In this document: positions 1 through 9,491 of the stretch, piece by piece
How the letters are laid out: each line of letters starts with the position of its first letter
Position numbering within the stretch: position 1 is the first letter of the stretch
NCBI GenBank assembly: GCA_039029455.1
Contig: JBCCGE010000002.1
Span: 38,066-102,065, forward strand
Length of the DNA stretch: 64,000 nucleotides
Direction of reading: 5' to 3'
DNA from: Pseudomonadota bacterium
Lineage (GTDB): Bacteria > Pseudomonadota > Gammaproteobacteria > Arenicellales > Poriferihabitantaceae
Made by a program: the position numbers and the translations under genes
Notes under the pieces: model-generated
Told to the model about the DNA's origin: nothing
Databases searched by the model: none
Seen by the model: only the letters and a program-made list of their open reading frames with translations

Positions 1-612
1 AGTCCCTGGACACTGGCGACCTACATGGTCGAAGGTGGAAGTAGTAAGGACTTTAAGTATGTTAAGGGAATGATGCACGGAGAACCGGATACGGCTCACG
101 CTCTACTTCAGAAAATTACGGCAGCCGTTATCGATTATCTACATTCGCAGGTAGAGGCAGGCGTTCAGTCTCTGATGATTTTTGATACCTGGGGAGGTGT
201 TTTGAGCACACCTGATTATCAGAACTTCTCTCTGCAGTACATGGCGGAGATCGTGTCCAGACTTAAAGCAGATTCCCGAACTGCGGACATTCCAGTTACT
301 CTGTTTACCAAAGGGGGAGGTCAGTGGCTGGAAATGATCGCCGCCACGGGCTGTGACTGCATTGGTGTGGACTGGACCACTCCGTTGCATTCAGCCCGCG
401 AGCGAGTCGGTCATCTGGTTGCGCTGCAGGGAAATATGGATCCCACCGTGCTATACGCCGGGCGCGAGAAGGTGATCAGCGAAGTTAGACGGGTGAAAGC
501 CGACTTTGGTGACGGACCGGGCCACATTTTCAATCTCGGTCACGGCATCCATCCGGGGATCCAGCCAGACAGAATGAACGATATGGTGGAAGCGGTGCAC
601 AGGCAATTTTGA
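1..612 (+). CDS. hemE: Uroporphyrinogen decarboxylase (5'-truncated by window edge)
   Basis: Frame is open from base 1 (SPWTLATYMVEGG); motifs IFDTWGG, LQGNMDP and HIFNLGHGI. Confidence 0.95.
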   Translation, partial: SPWTLATYMVEGGSSKDFKYVKGMMHGEPDTAHALLQKITAAVIDYLHSQVEAGVQSLMIFDTWGGVLSTPDYQNFSLQYMAEIVSRLKADSRTADIPVTLFTKGGGQWLEMIAATGCDCIGVDWTTPLHSARERVGHLVALQGNMDPTVLYAGREKVISEVRRVKADFGDGPGHIFNLGHGIHPGIQPDRMNDMVEAVHRQF

Positions 613-646
613 GTTTATCAAGTTCGGGGACTTATCCGCCTGGCAC

Positions 647-949
647 TCATTCAGTTGCCATTTTTTGTGCGAACTCGAGCTTCTCAAGCTGCTCATCCGT
701 TGCCTTTTCCTGGTAAGTCTCTTTGTAGTCGGAGTACGGCATTCCGTAAATGATGTCTCTGGCCTGATCATAATTCAGGTCGAGACCGCGTTCGTCTGCG
801 GCACTTCGATACCATTTTGAGAGGCAGTTTCGGCAAAAGTAACTCAGATTCATCAAATCAATGTTTTGTACGTCCGGGTGCTTTTGCAGATGGGCGATCA
901 GCTTCCTGAATACGGCTGCCTCGACTTCAATTCGCTTTTGGTCTTGCAT
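647..949 (-). CDS. DUF1244 family protein
   Basis: EAAVFRKLIAHL..DVQNIDLMNL..FCRNCLSKWY..IYGMPY; probable ATG at 949. Confidence 0.85.
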   Translation of the reverse strand: MQDQKRIEVEAAVFRKLIAHLQKHPDVQNIDLMNLSYFCRNCLSKWYRSAADERGLDLNYDQARDIIYGMPYSDYKETYQEKATDEQLEKLEFAQKMATE

Positions 950-953
950 GTTT

Positions 954-1742
954 TTAGCCCTTTCGTTGAATCTGTGATTTTCGCTGCACCATAAGGTTTT
1001 TCGCGTACCGTGTCTGCACAATATCGACAAGCACGACGACTACTATGACGAAATAAAATGTGGCCTTGCTCATAGGTTCCACGGCATAGCCAAAAATCTT
1101 CAGATGAGCCAGATGGCCACCTTCTCCGATAAGCAGGATACCGACGATGAATAGAATAAAAAGCCCGACTACTTCGTACATTCGGTTCTTTTCCAAAAAT
1201 TCCGCAACTCGGTCGGAGAGCCATATCATCAAAAATCCACCGATCAGAATGGCCGTAGCCATTATGGGAAACACATCGGTTAATGCGATAGCGCTCAGTA
1301 TGGAGTCAAATGAAAATACCAGGTTCATAGCGACGATCAGGGTCAGAGCCTTTACGTAAGAGCTGCTGGCTTTGCCTGATTCACCCAACTCTTCAAGAAT
1401 CAACATGTGCATGATTTCCTTGATTGCCGTGTACAAAATGAAGATTCCTCCCAGTAGAACAACAATACTGTGTAGATTGAACTCAGCTTCGAGTAGTCCG
1501 GTCGCAGTGGCGGAAAAAAGCGTGTCTTGAAACAGTCCCAGAACTTTTATGACCACAAAAAGAAGGATTATTCGAAGCAACATTGCCAGTCCAATACCCA
1601 CCCGCCGGAGTTGGGCCTGACGCGAGGGTTCAACTCTTTTGGATTCGAGAGTGATGTAAAGAAGGTTGTCAAATCCCAACACTGCCTGCAGCAAAATAAG
1701 CATGAACAGCGTGAAAAGGTTTTCCAGCGAAAGTAGCTCCAT
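954..1742 (-). CDS. TerC family integral membrane protein
   Basis: LQAVLGFDNLLYI and VFSFDSIL motifs; multiple TM helices. Confidence 0.85.
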   Translation of the reverse strand: MELLSLENLFTLFMLILLQAVLGFDNLLYITLESKRVEPSRQAQLRRVGIGLAMLLRIILLFVVIKVLGLFQDTLFSATATGLLEAEFNLHSIVVLLGGIFILYTAIKEIMHMLILEELGESGKASSSYVKALTLIVAMNLVFSFDSILSAIALTDVFPIMATAILIGGFLMIWLSDRVAEFLEKNRMYEVVGLFILFIVGILLIGEGGHLAHLKIFGYAVEPMSKATFYFVIVVVVLVDIVQTRYAKNLMVQRKSQIQRKG

Positions 1743-1871
1743 GGTTTATCAATCGTGTGAATTAAACTATTGTAATTTTACACGTAGAATCTGAAGTCTG
1801 AGTTCTTTGTCCGCAGGGATTGGACATCTATTTGCTATACTCGGCGGCCTTGTCGATCGACGTTCCCCTGC

Positions 1872-2879
1872 ATGTCTGAGCCGCTGACCATTCTGAAACC
1901 TGATAGCCTGGAGCAGGCGCGACGGGTTTTTGAGATTGAGGCCGAAGCCATCAGGGCCTTGACCGAAAAGCTTGATGAGTCGTTCAGTTCAGCCTGCCAA
2001 AAGGTTCTGAAGTGCAGTGGGCGAGTTGTCGTCACCGGGATGGGCAAGTCGGGACATATTGCAGGGAAAATTGCGGCAACTCTGGCCAGTACCGGAACAC
2101 CATCGTTCTTTGTTCACCCGGGCGAAGCGAGCCACGGTGATCTGGGCATGATCACACCTGATGACATATTGCTTGCGTTGTCGAATTCCGGAGAAACCCC
2201 CGAGTTGTTGACGATTCTGCCAATCGTCAAAAGACTGGGTTGTACATTGATTACGCTGACCGGAAAACCGGGCTCAACGCTTGCCGTTCAGGCGGATATC
2301 AGTCTCGATTGTGGCGTCGAACGAGAGGCGTGTCTGCACAATCTGGCGCCCACCTCGAGCACCACGGCAAGTCTGGTCATGGGCGATGCACTGGCCGTGT
2401 CCGTACAGCAATTGAGGGGTTTTTCTGCGCAGGATTTTGCGAAAACCCACCCGGGTGGAACCCTGGGCCGTCGACTGCTTTTATATGCATCTGATCTTAT
2501 GCACCATGGAGACGCGCTTCCAGTTGTCGGTGCGAATGCTGACTTCCGGGAACTGATTCTGGAAATGTCCTCAAAGTCCCTCGGTATGGCAGGCGTTATT
2601 GACGATCAGGGCAGACTATTGGGGATGTTCACTGACGGTGATTTGCGCCGCTGCCTTGAGACTGAAACCGATGTGTATGCATCCAAAGCGCTGGATGTAG
2701 TCACCCGAGAACCGTTCACCATCCAACCGGATATGCTGGCAGCGGAAGTTGTGAAAATAATGCGAGATTTCGCTCAACACGGCCCTCATGCGGTAAATTG
2801 CGTCTTCGTGGTTGATAGTGAGCAAAAAGTCGTTGGCGCACTGAACACCCATGACCTACTTAAAGCCGGCGTGATCTGA
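1872..2879 (+). CDS. kdsD: Arabinose-5-phosphate isomerase (KpsF/GutQ; SIS + CBS domains)
   Basis: TGMGKSGHI, HGDLG, APTSST, HPGGTLG; lies upstream of lptC. Confidence 0.93.
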   Translation: MSEPLTILKPDSLEQARRVFEIEAEAIRALTEKLDESFSSACQKVLKCSGRVVVTGMGKSGHIAGKIAATLASTGTPSFFVHPGEASHGDLGMITPDDILLALSNSGETPELLTILPIVKRLGCTLITLTGKPGSTLAVQADISLDCGVEREACLHNLAPTSSTTASLVMGDALAVSVQQLRGFSAQDFAKTHPGGTLGRRLLLYASDLMHHGDALPVVGANADFRELILEMSSKSLGMAGVIDDQGRLLGMFTDGDLRRCLETETDVYASKALDVVTREPFTIQPDMLAAEVVKIMRDFAQHGPHAVNCVFVVDSEQKVVGALNTHDLLKAGVI

Positions 2880-2880
2880 T

Positions 2881-3321
2881 ATGTCCGAGAAGCAACAAAT
2901 ATTCGTGCTGGCATCGATCTTTGTGTTGCTGATTGGCGTTTCGGTCTGGCTGCAGTTTGGTTTGCTGGAAGACCCGCGTACAGAGCTGACAGAGGCTGAC
3001 AAGAAGGATTACGACTACTATGTGTTGAACTTCACCTCGACAGGCATGGACCGCTTTGGTAAAAAATACAACATAAAGGCCGACAGACTTGCGCATTTCC
3101 CTTACGGCGACCGCGCGTTACTTGATAATCCGCATATCGTGCAGTTCGAGATCGACAAGACTCCGCGTCATATCTATGCTGACTCTGGATGGTTATATAA
3201 TGACAGTTCCAAAGTTCTATTGACCGGCAATGTTCGCGTTATCCAGAGTCATACCGCTCAGGCTGGTGGAATTGCGACGGCCCGCAAGATGGTCATAAAT
3301 TTAAATGAAGACAGAGGTTAA
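2881..3321 (+). CDS. lptC: LPS export protein LptC
   Basis: Single N-terminal TM helix, beta-rich body (LLTGNVRVIQ), position before lptA. Confidence 0.8.
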   Translation: MSEKQQIFVLASIFVLLIGVSVWLQFGLLEDPRTELTEADKKDYDYYVLNFTSTGMDRFGKKYNIKADRLAHFPYGDRALLDNPHIVQFEIDKTPRHIYADSGWLYNDSSKVLLTGNVRVIQSHTAQAGGIATARKMVINLNEDRG

Positions 3322-3324
3322 CTA

Positions 3325-3915
3325 ATGTTTCGCCGTTTTGTGCTCTCGTTTCTAATGGCCACAGTGTTCACAACGTCCTTTGCACTTGAATCAGACACCA
3401 GTCAACCTGCCACGCTGGATGCAGATGACTTTGAGTTGGATCTGAAAACAGGCGTCAGGATTTATCGAGGAAATGTTGTGTATCGTCAGGGCAGCATTCG
3501 TCTGGATTGTGATGAGCTAACAACTTATTTCAACGATGACGGTGAACTCGATAAGGGTGTTTGTACGGGCCGGCCCGGCAAGTTTAAACAGAGACCGGAA
3601 GGCGCTGAAAATGATGTAATTGGCAAGGCCCGAACTATTACCATTGATCAGATTGAGCAGGTTATGGTGCTAAAAAGTCGTGCGCAGGTTGAGCAGGCGG
3701 GAACCAAGATGGAAGGCAATCTGATTACCTACGATCTGACAACTGAAAAGGTCCGGGTCAAAGGTGGAAGTCAGGGTGCAACTCAAACTGCGAGCCAGCA
3801 ATCGACTGACTCCGGTGCCTCGGGTCAGACCGACACCTCCAGTCAGGCGAATGATGGCGGTGGCAGCTCCCGGCCAAGTCTTATTATTCAGCCCCGTAAG
3901 AAAAAGAAAAACTAG
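3325..3915 (+). CDS. lptA: LPS transport periplasmic protein LptA
   Basis: Signal peptide, GNVVYRQGSIRL, GNLITYD; S/Q/G-rich C-terminal extension. Confidence 0.88.
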   Translation: MFRRFVLSFLMATVFTTSFALESDTSQPATLDADDFELDLKTGVRIYRGNVVYRQGSIRLDCDELTTYFNDDGELDKGVCTGRPGKFKQRPEGAENDVIGKARTITIDQIEQVMVLKSRAQVEQAGTKMEGNLITYDLTTEKVRVKGGSQGATQTASQQSTDSGASGQTDTSSQANDGGGSSRPSLIIQPRKKKKN

Positions 3916-3926
3916 CGGTTTTCTGA

Positions 3927-4652
3927 ATGCAAGTTTTGTCGGCCCGCGGGCTTGTTAAAAAATACAAACATTCGGTCATTGTCAATGATGTTGACCTGAC
4001 GGTCTCGGATCATGAGGTTGTGGGTTTGCTGGGCGCGAACGGCGCAGGCAAGACAACCAGCTTCAATATGATTATTGGTTTGGTGAAACAGGATGCCGGA
4101 GAGATCTTTCTCGGTGACGAGAATATTACTAATTTGCCGATGCACGAAAGGGCGCGCAAAGGTATCGGTTATTTGCCGCAGGAGCATTCGGTTTTTCGTA
4201 AGCTAACAACAGAGCAGAATTTGCTTGCTGTGCTCGAAGCTTCATCCAGCTCTAGTGTTGAGGAGCGACACGAAATCAGCCGAAACCTGCTGGAGGAGTT
4301 TGGCATTTATCACTTGCGTGATAAACCGACAATCCAACTTTCAGGAGGTGAGCAGCGGCGAGTCGAGATTGCGCGAGCGCTTGCATTGGCGCCGGCATTC
4401 ATACTTCTGGATGAACCGTTTGCAGGTGTAGACCCCATCGCAGTTCGCGAAATCCAGCAGATTATAGGGCTATTGAAAGATCGCGGTATTGGAGTGCTTA
4501 TCACTGACCACAACGTCCGGGAGACTTTGGGAATCTGTGATCGTGCCTATATTCTGCACCGGGGAGAGGTTCTGATCTCAGGTCCGCCGAAAAAAATTAT
4601 GCGAGACAATAGAGCGAGGGAGGTTTATCTGGGGCGGGATTTCCAGATGTGA
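3927..4652 (+). CDS. lptB: LPS export ABC transporter ATPase LptB
   Basis: GANGAGKTT, YLPQE, LSGGEQRRVEIARAL, DEPFAGVDP, ITDHNVRETL. Confidence 0.96.
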   Translation: MQVLSARGLVKKYKHSVIVNDVDLTVSDHEVVGLLGANGAGKTTSFNMIIGLVKQDAGEIFLGDENITNLPMHERARKGIGYLPQEHSVFRKLTTEQNLLAVLEASSSSSVEERHEISRNLLEEFGIYHLRDKPTIQLSGGEQRRVEIARALALAPAFILLDEPFAGVDPIAVREIQQIIGLLKDRGIGVLITDHNVRETLGICDRAYILHRGEVLISGPPKKIMRDNRAREVYLGRDFQM

Positions 4653-4776
4653 ACAGCTAATCGATCAGTATAGCACTCAGTTCGCCTTTTTAATCGATTA
4701 GAAGAAGACAATCTAATTTTAATTTACCCCCCGGTCTGGGCTAGAATGATCATCTGATGTTGTTTCATTTTGTTAT

Positions 4777-6276
4777 ATGAAGCAGGCGCTGAATCTCAGG
4801 CAAACACAGCGCCTTGTTATGACGCCGCAACTGCAGCAGTCAATTCGATTGTTGCAGATGAGCACGACTGAACTCAGACAAGAAGCACTGAGTGCGCAGG
4901 AGACAAATCCTGTACTTGAAATTGACGACGGCAGCAGGGATTCTGAATTAGTCGCCGATATTTCCTCGCAAGAGTCCATCAACTCAACGGAGAATGAGAA
5001 CTCGAGTTTATCTTCAAAGGAGTCGGTTCAACCGGACTTGAGTTTTGAAGATCACTATAACTCGGAGCAGAACAACAGCGGGGTTGACGAACGATCCCCC
5101 GAACAGTGGAACGAAGTAAGACCGTCGTCCACGAATTCCACACTCTCAAATCTGCCAGAGTATCAGGAGTGGCATACTGCGGACTTGCCGCTTACGCTAA
5201 AGCAGTCATTGAGACAGCAACTCGACGAGTTTACGTTGTCATTTGAACAGTCGTTGATTGCCAGTCACATCGTTGACTATCTGGACGATCGTGGTTATCT
5301 GGAAATACCGCTCGCGGAAATTGGCTCACTTGTGTCTGAGGAAATACAAACATCCGACGACGAGATCGAGGCCACACTGAAAGTCGTTCAGAGTCTGGAC
5401 CCACCCGGAATCGCTGCGCGCTCACCGCAGGAATGCCTTCTGCTTCAGCTCGATTACAGAGAAACCTCCACAGCGCGGGATCGCGATGCAAGATTGATTG
5501 TCGAGAGATGTCTGGATGATCTGGCGAGAAACGATCATTCGAAAATAAGGCGTCGTACTGGTCTGTCGAACGATTCTATTCTGAAGGCAGTGCATGAAAT
5601 ACAGCAGCTGAACCCTCACCCCGGATTTGCATTCGATTCGCAACGTGTTGAATATGTGGTTCCGGATGTGCTGGTAAAAAAGCGTGAGAAGTTCTGGTAT
5701 GCGGACCTTAACGTTACGGCTTTGCCCAAGCTGATGGTGAATCCTGACTATCAGCGACTTATCGAGAGCCAGCCGCAAAATGATGAATACAAAAACATGC
5801 GACAACAGCTTGCTGATGCTCGTAACCTTGTTTCAAATTTCGATAAACGCTACAAAACTATACTGGCTGTAGCAAAGGAAATCGTTGAGCGACAACAGGA
5901 CTATTTTCATTACGGCGCAGAACGCCTGAAGCCAATGGTGCTCCGGGATATCGCCGATGCTTTGTCAGTTCATGAATCAACGGTTTCCAGGGCAACTGCC
6001 GGAAAATTTATGCTAACACCAAATGGTACGGTCGAACTAAAGTACTTTTTCTCAAGACAGCTCAATACAAAAGAGGGTGATTCAGCATCGTCAGTGGCGG
6101 TCCAGTCAATTATCAGACAGCTGATCAATCAGGAGTCTCCCGAAAAGCCAATTAGTGACAATGCATTGTGTCAGCTCTTGGAGGCAAGGGGTATCGAAAT
6201 CGCAAGACGGACCGTCGCAAAATATCGCGAACAAATGAAAATTCCTTCATCAGGAAAACGGAGGGTGCGTGCTTAG
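4777..6276 (+). CDS. rpoN: RNA polymerase sigma-54 factor
   Basis: MTPQLQQSIRLLQ, HESTVSR, RpoN box ARRTVAKYR. Confidence 0.97.
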   Translation: MKQALNLRQTQRLVMTPQLQQSIRLLQMSTTELRQEALSAQETNPVLEIDDGSRDSELVADISSQESINSTENENSSLSSKESVQPDLSFEDHYNSEQNNSGVDERSPEQWNEVRPSSTNSTLSNLPEYQEWHTADLPLTLKQSLRQQLDEFTLSFEQSLIASHIVDYLDDRGYLEIPLAEIGSLVSEEIQTSDDEIEATLKVVQSLDPPGIAARSPQECLLLQLDYRETSTARDRDARLIVERCLDDLARNDHSKIRRRTGLSNDSILKAVHEIQQLNPHPGFAFDSQRVEYVVPDVLVKKREKFWYADLNVTALPKLMVNPDYQRLIESQPQNDEYKNMRQQLADARNLVSNFDKRYKTILAVAKEIVERQQDYFHYGAERLKPMVLRDIADALSVHESTVSRATAGKFMLTPNGTVELKYFFSRQLNTKEGDSASSVAVQSIIRQLINQESPEKPISDNALCQLLEARGIEIARRTVAKYREQMKIPSSGKRRVRA

Positions 6277-6362
6277 CAGACGTAGCCCCGAAGCGAGTGA
6301 GTCCAGCGTGACTATAGAGTTTGTGGTCACGTAAATTTTTTATAACAACACAGGAGAATGAT

Positions 6363-6689
6363 ATGCAGATAGCAATCAGCGGCCAAAACATCGATGTGAC
6401 CGAGGCACTTTATGCCCATGTGTCTGAAAAAGTAGGAAAAATTGTTCGCCATTTCGATCATGTGACGAATACAAATGTCGTCTTGCAGGTCGAAAAAACC
6501 CGACATATGGCGGAGGCAACAATCAATACGAAGGGTGCTACACTCCACGCCTCAAGCACCACGGACAACATGTACACATCGATTGATTCGCTGATGAGCA
6601 AACTGGATAGACAGGTGCTTAAGCATAAGGAGAAAATTACAGATCACCATAAAAAAGAAGGCAGTTTGAACAGCTTGCCAGAAATCTAG
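6363..6689 (+). CDS. hpf: Ribosome hibernation promoting factor
   Basis: MQIAISGQNIDVTEAL..KLDRQVLKHKEK; RBS AGGAG upstream of ATG 6363. Confidence 0.93.
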   Translation: MQIAISGQNIDVTEALYAHVSEKVGKIVRHFDHVTNTNVVLQVEKTRHMAEATINTKGATLHASSTTDNMYTSIDSLMSKLDRQVLKHKEKITDHHKKEGSLNSLPEI

Positions 6690-6699
6690 ACCAGTATTT

Positions 6700-7200
6700 A
6701 TGTCCAGTTCCGAATCCGTGGCAGTGGAAAAATCACTGCCTTCCGAACAGCTATGTCTTACTGATTTTCTTTCGGAAGATCGAATCGAGGCGATGATTGA
6801 TGTTTCGAGTGCCAAGAAGCTGTTGCAAAAACTCTCTCAAATCGTTTCCGATGGATTTGAATCTCCAACACCGGAGAGTATTTTCAAAGTACTGACTGAA
6901 CGCGAGAGGCTTGGGAGTACGGGTATCGGTAATGGTGTCGCTGTTCCCCACGGTCGCATAGATGGACTCGAAAATCCAAGGTTGGCGGTCGTCACTCTGC
7001 AAAACGGTGTAGAGTTCGATGCCCCAGACGGTTACCCGGTTTGGCTCGGAGTCTGCCTGCTGGTGCCCGCAGACGCACCGGATACACACCTGAAGCTGCT
7101 GGGTCGTTTGGCTAACGGCTTTCGGCAATCAGGATTTCTTGAGACCGCCAGAACGATCTCAACATCAGAGAAATTACACAGTCATTTCATGACGATTTAG
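6700..7200 (+). CDS. ptsN: PTS IIA(Ntr)-like protein
   Basis: RERLGSTGIGNGVAVPHGR phospho-His motif; rpoN operon context. Confidence 0.9.
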   Translation: MSSSESVAVEKSLPSEQLCLTDFLSEDRIEAMIDVSSAKKLLQKLSQIVSDGFESPTPESIFKVLTERERLGSTGIGNGVAVPHGRIDGLENPRLAVVTLQNGVEFDAPDGYPVWLGVCLLVPADAPDTHLKLLGRLANGFRQSGFLETARTISTSEKLHSHFMTI

Positions 7201-7311
7201 CCAGAGGGGTTTTTGACGAGCGGTTGCGGCATTGATGGATTTTGATGCTGTATTTGTTTGACAGGGCAGGTGCAGGAGCGTACAAGATTCCCGGACCGGG
7301 GCCGCATTGTT

Positions 7312-8289
7312 ATGTCACTAGCTGAAAAATCAGAAAATAAACATCATCACCGATCAGGGACTTTGGATCCTGATGGAGTTCTTGGTTTGTTTCCAGAATC
7401 CCGAGTGGTGTGCGAACCTGTTCGTTCGGTGACTTCACACATTTCTCTGGCGTCAATTTTCGCTTTTATTAATCCACTGAGACCCAGTCAGATATGCATT
7501 GTTACCGAGCACGAGCTGGAATGGCTCTATGGTCTCGACGAATCTCAGCTCAATCATTCACCAACCTTTAGCAGTCCGGATACGGTCCTATTGGTGCTCT
7601 GTCAGGGTTGCCGCGCAAACCCGGCACTGCGAGAGGTCTGTCAGCAGCGATCAATAGGGCTTCTCGAGCTGACACAAGATGGAGAAAGTGTTTACACAGA
7701 ATTGCAGTCAAGACTACCTGAACTGCTGAGAGAAAGAAAAAGCGTCCACGGCGTTTTTCTGGCTGTAAAGAATACAGGCGTCCTGCTGACCGGCGGTAGT
7801 GGCATCGGAAAAAGTGAAGTGGCATTGGACCTCGTGCAGCGAGGGCATCAACTTATTGCGGACGATTCCGTGCAGATATACCGATCACCTGCAGGTGGGC
7901 TGGTGGGTGAATGTCCCTCACTTTTGTCTGGATACATCGAAATCAGGGGTTTGGGATTCATAAACATGGAGCGCATGTTTGGCCCATCGTCCGTATTAGA
8001 TCAGTATCCGTTGCAAATGGTAATTCGGTTCCGGGATGTGAGTGAACTTCCACCGGAATCTATTGATCGTATGAAAGCAGATCTGACTATAGAGGAAATG
8101 CTGGGTGTAGAAATTCCGTGCTTGACGATGATGGTGGCACCCGGGAGAAATCTGTCTGTCCTGGTTGAGGCTGCCGTAAGAGACCATTTGTTGAGAGCGT
8201 CCGGATTCGATGGCAGTATGGAGTTTGTAAACCTGCATAGCGAAATGATTGCTGACGATAGTAGACAGCGTGATAACCAGAAAAGCTGA
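7312..8289 (+). CDS. hprK: HPr(Ser) kinase/phosphorylase
   Basis: HGVF, GSGIGKSE, LIADD, IEIRGLG, PGRNL; start uncertain (7258 or 7312). Confidence 0.9.
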   Translation: MSLAEKSENKHHHRSGTLDPDGVLGLFPESRVVCEPVRSVTSHISLASIFAFINPLRPSQICIVTEHELEWLYGLDESQLNHSPTFSSPDTVLLVLCQGCRANPALREVCQQRSIGLLELTQDGESVYTELQSRLPELLRERKSVHGVFLAVKNTGVLLTGGSGIGKSEVALDLVQRGHQLIADDSVQIYRSPAGGLVGECPSLLSGYIEIRGLGFINMERMFGPSSVLDQYPLQMVIRFRDVSELPPESIDRMKADLTIEEMLGVEIPCLTMMVAPGRNLSVLVEAAVRDHLLRASGFDGSMEFVNLHSEMIADDSRQRDNQKS

Positions 8290-9209
8290 TGTCGGTGACA
8301 GAATACAACTACGACCTGATCATAATAAGCGGACTTTCAGGGTCCGGAAAAAGTGTTGCTTTGCAGTCGCTTGAAGACATCGGTTACTACTGCGTCGATA
8401 ACCTTCCGGCTGTGCTGTTGCTGGAATTTTGTAAAACGTTTCAGAATCGAAACAACGATTTATCGGATCATAACAAACAGACCATAACTGACAGTCATCA
8501 GTCCGGCGGTGCAGCAGTGAGTATTGATTCTCGGAATAAGGATTTTTTGACAAGTTTGCACGATACGCTGGAAACTCTTGAAAACGAGGGTGTTAATTAC
8601 CGGGTTTTCTATTTGGATGCAGACAACAACACGTTGCTGCAGCGTTACAGTGAGACAAGACGGAAGCATCCTTTGACCGGCATTGGTGTTTCGCTTTTGG
8701 AAGGCATTGAAGAGGAACGCAGACTTGTGAGACCTCTTTTGGATCGGGCAGAAAAAGTTGTTGACACTTCGACAACCACTCCTCATGAATTAAGAGGAAT
8801 GGTCCGGGATTTTGCTGGCGCCCGATCAACAAAACCGCTCTATTTGATTGAGTCGTTTGGTTTTAAGCACGGGTCTCCCAGAGAAGCTGATTTTGTTTTT
8901 GATGTGCGGTGTTTGCCGAATCCACACTGGGAGGCTGATTTGAAACCTCTTACGGGTCTTGATGAACCGGTGAAGGAGTTTTTTCGGGCAAAAGATTCGG
9001 TCGACAGCATGATCGACGAAGTCTTTCAGTTTCTGTATCGATGGTTACCTGATTTTGCCAGTGAAAATCGAAGCTACATCACTGTCGCAGTAGGATGCAC
9101 GGGTGGTCGGCACCGTTCAGTGTACATTTGTGAAAGTCTTCACGAGAAATTTCGCAGGGTGAACGTTGATGTTCAAATTCGGCATCGGGAATTGGTGCGT
9201 GAGCAATAA
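8289..9209 (+). CDS. rapZ: RNase adapter RapZ
   Basis: GLSGSGKS, DNLP, SFGFKHG, DVRCLPNPHW, GCTGGRHRSV. Confidence 0.95.
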   Translation: MSVTEYNYDLIIISGLSGSGKSVALQSLEDIGYYCVDNLPAVLLLEFCKTFQNRNNDLSDHNKQTITDSHQSGGAAVSIDSRNKDFLTSLHDTLETLENEGVNYRVFYLDADNNTLLQRYSETRRKHPLTGIGVSLLEGIEEERRLVRPLLDRAEKVVDTSTTTPHELRGMVRDFAGARSTKPLYLIESFGFKHGSPREADFVFDVRCLPNPHWEADLKPLTGLDEPVKEFFRAKDSVDSMIDEVFQFLYRWLPDFASENRSYITVAVGCTGGRHRSVYICESLHEKFRRVNVDVQIRHRELVREQ

Positions 9210-9217
9210 GGTATAAC

Positions 9218-9487
9218 GTGATAGAACAAACTGTTCTCGTCGTAAACAAGCTTGGACTGCACGCTCGCGCTGCGGCAAAGCTCGTTAAACTGACGGGTGG
9301 ATACAAAAGCAAAATTACGATCGATAAGAACGGTACGTCTGTTGATGCCAAAAGCATCATGGGAATAATGATGCTTGCGGCAGCACAGGGCTCTGAGTTG
9401 AAGCTAACAGCCGACGGTGAAGACGAGCTGGAAGCAATGGAAGCCGTGCAGCAACTGTTCAGTGACTACTTTGGAGAGGGAGAGTAG
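9218..9487 (+). CDS. HPr/NPr family phosphocarrier protein
   Basis: GLHARAA (His15 motif) and KSIMG (Ser46 motif). Confidence 0.93.
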   Translation: MIEQTVLVVNKLGLHARAAAKLVKLTGGYKSKITIDKNGTSVDAKSIMGIMMLAAAQGSELKLTADGEDELEAMEAVQQLFSDYFGEGE

Positions 9488-9491
9488 TTAA

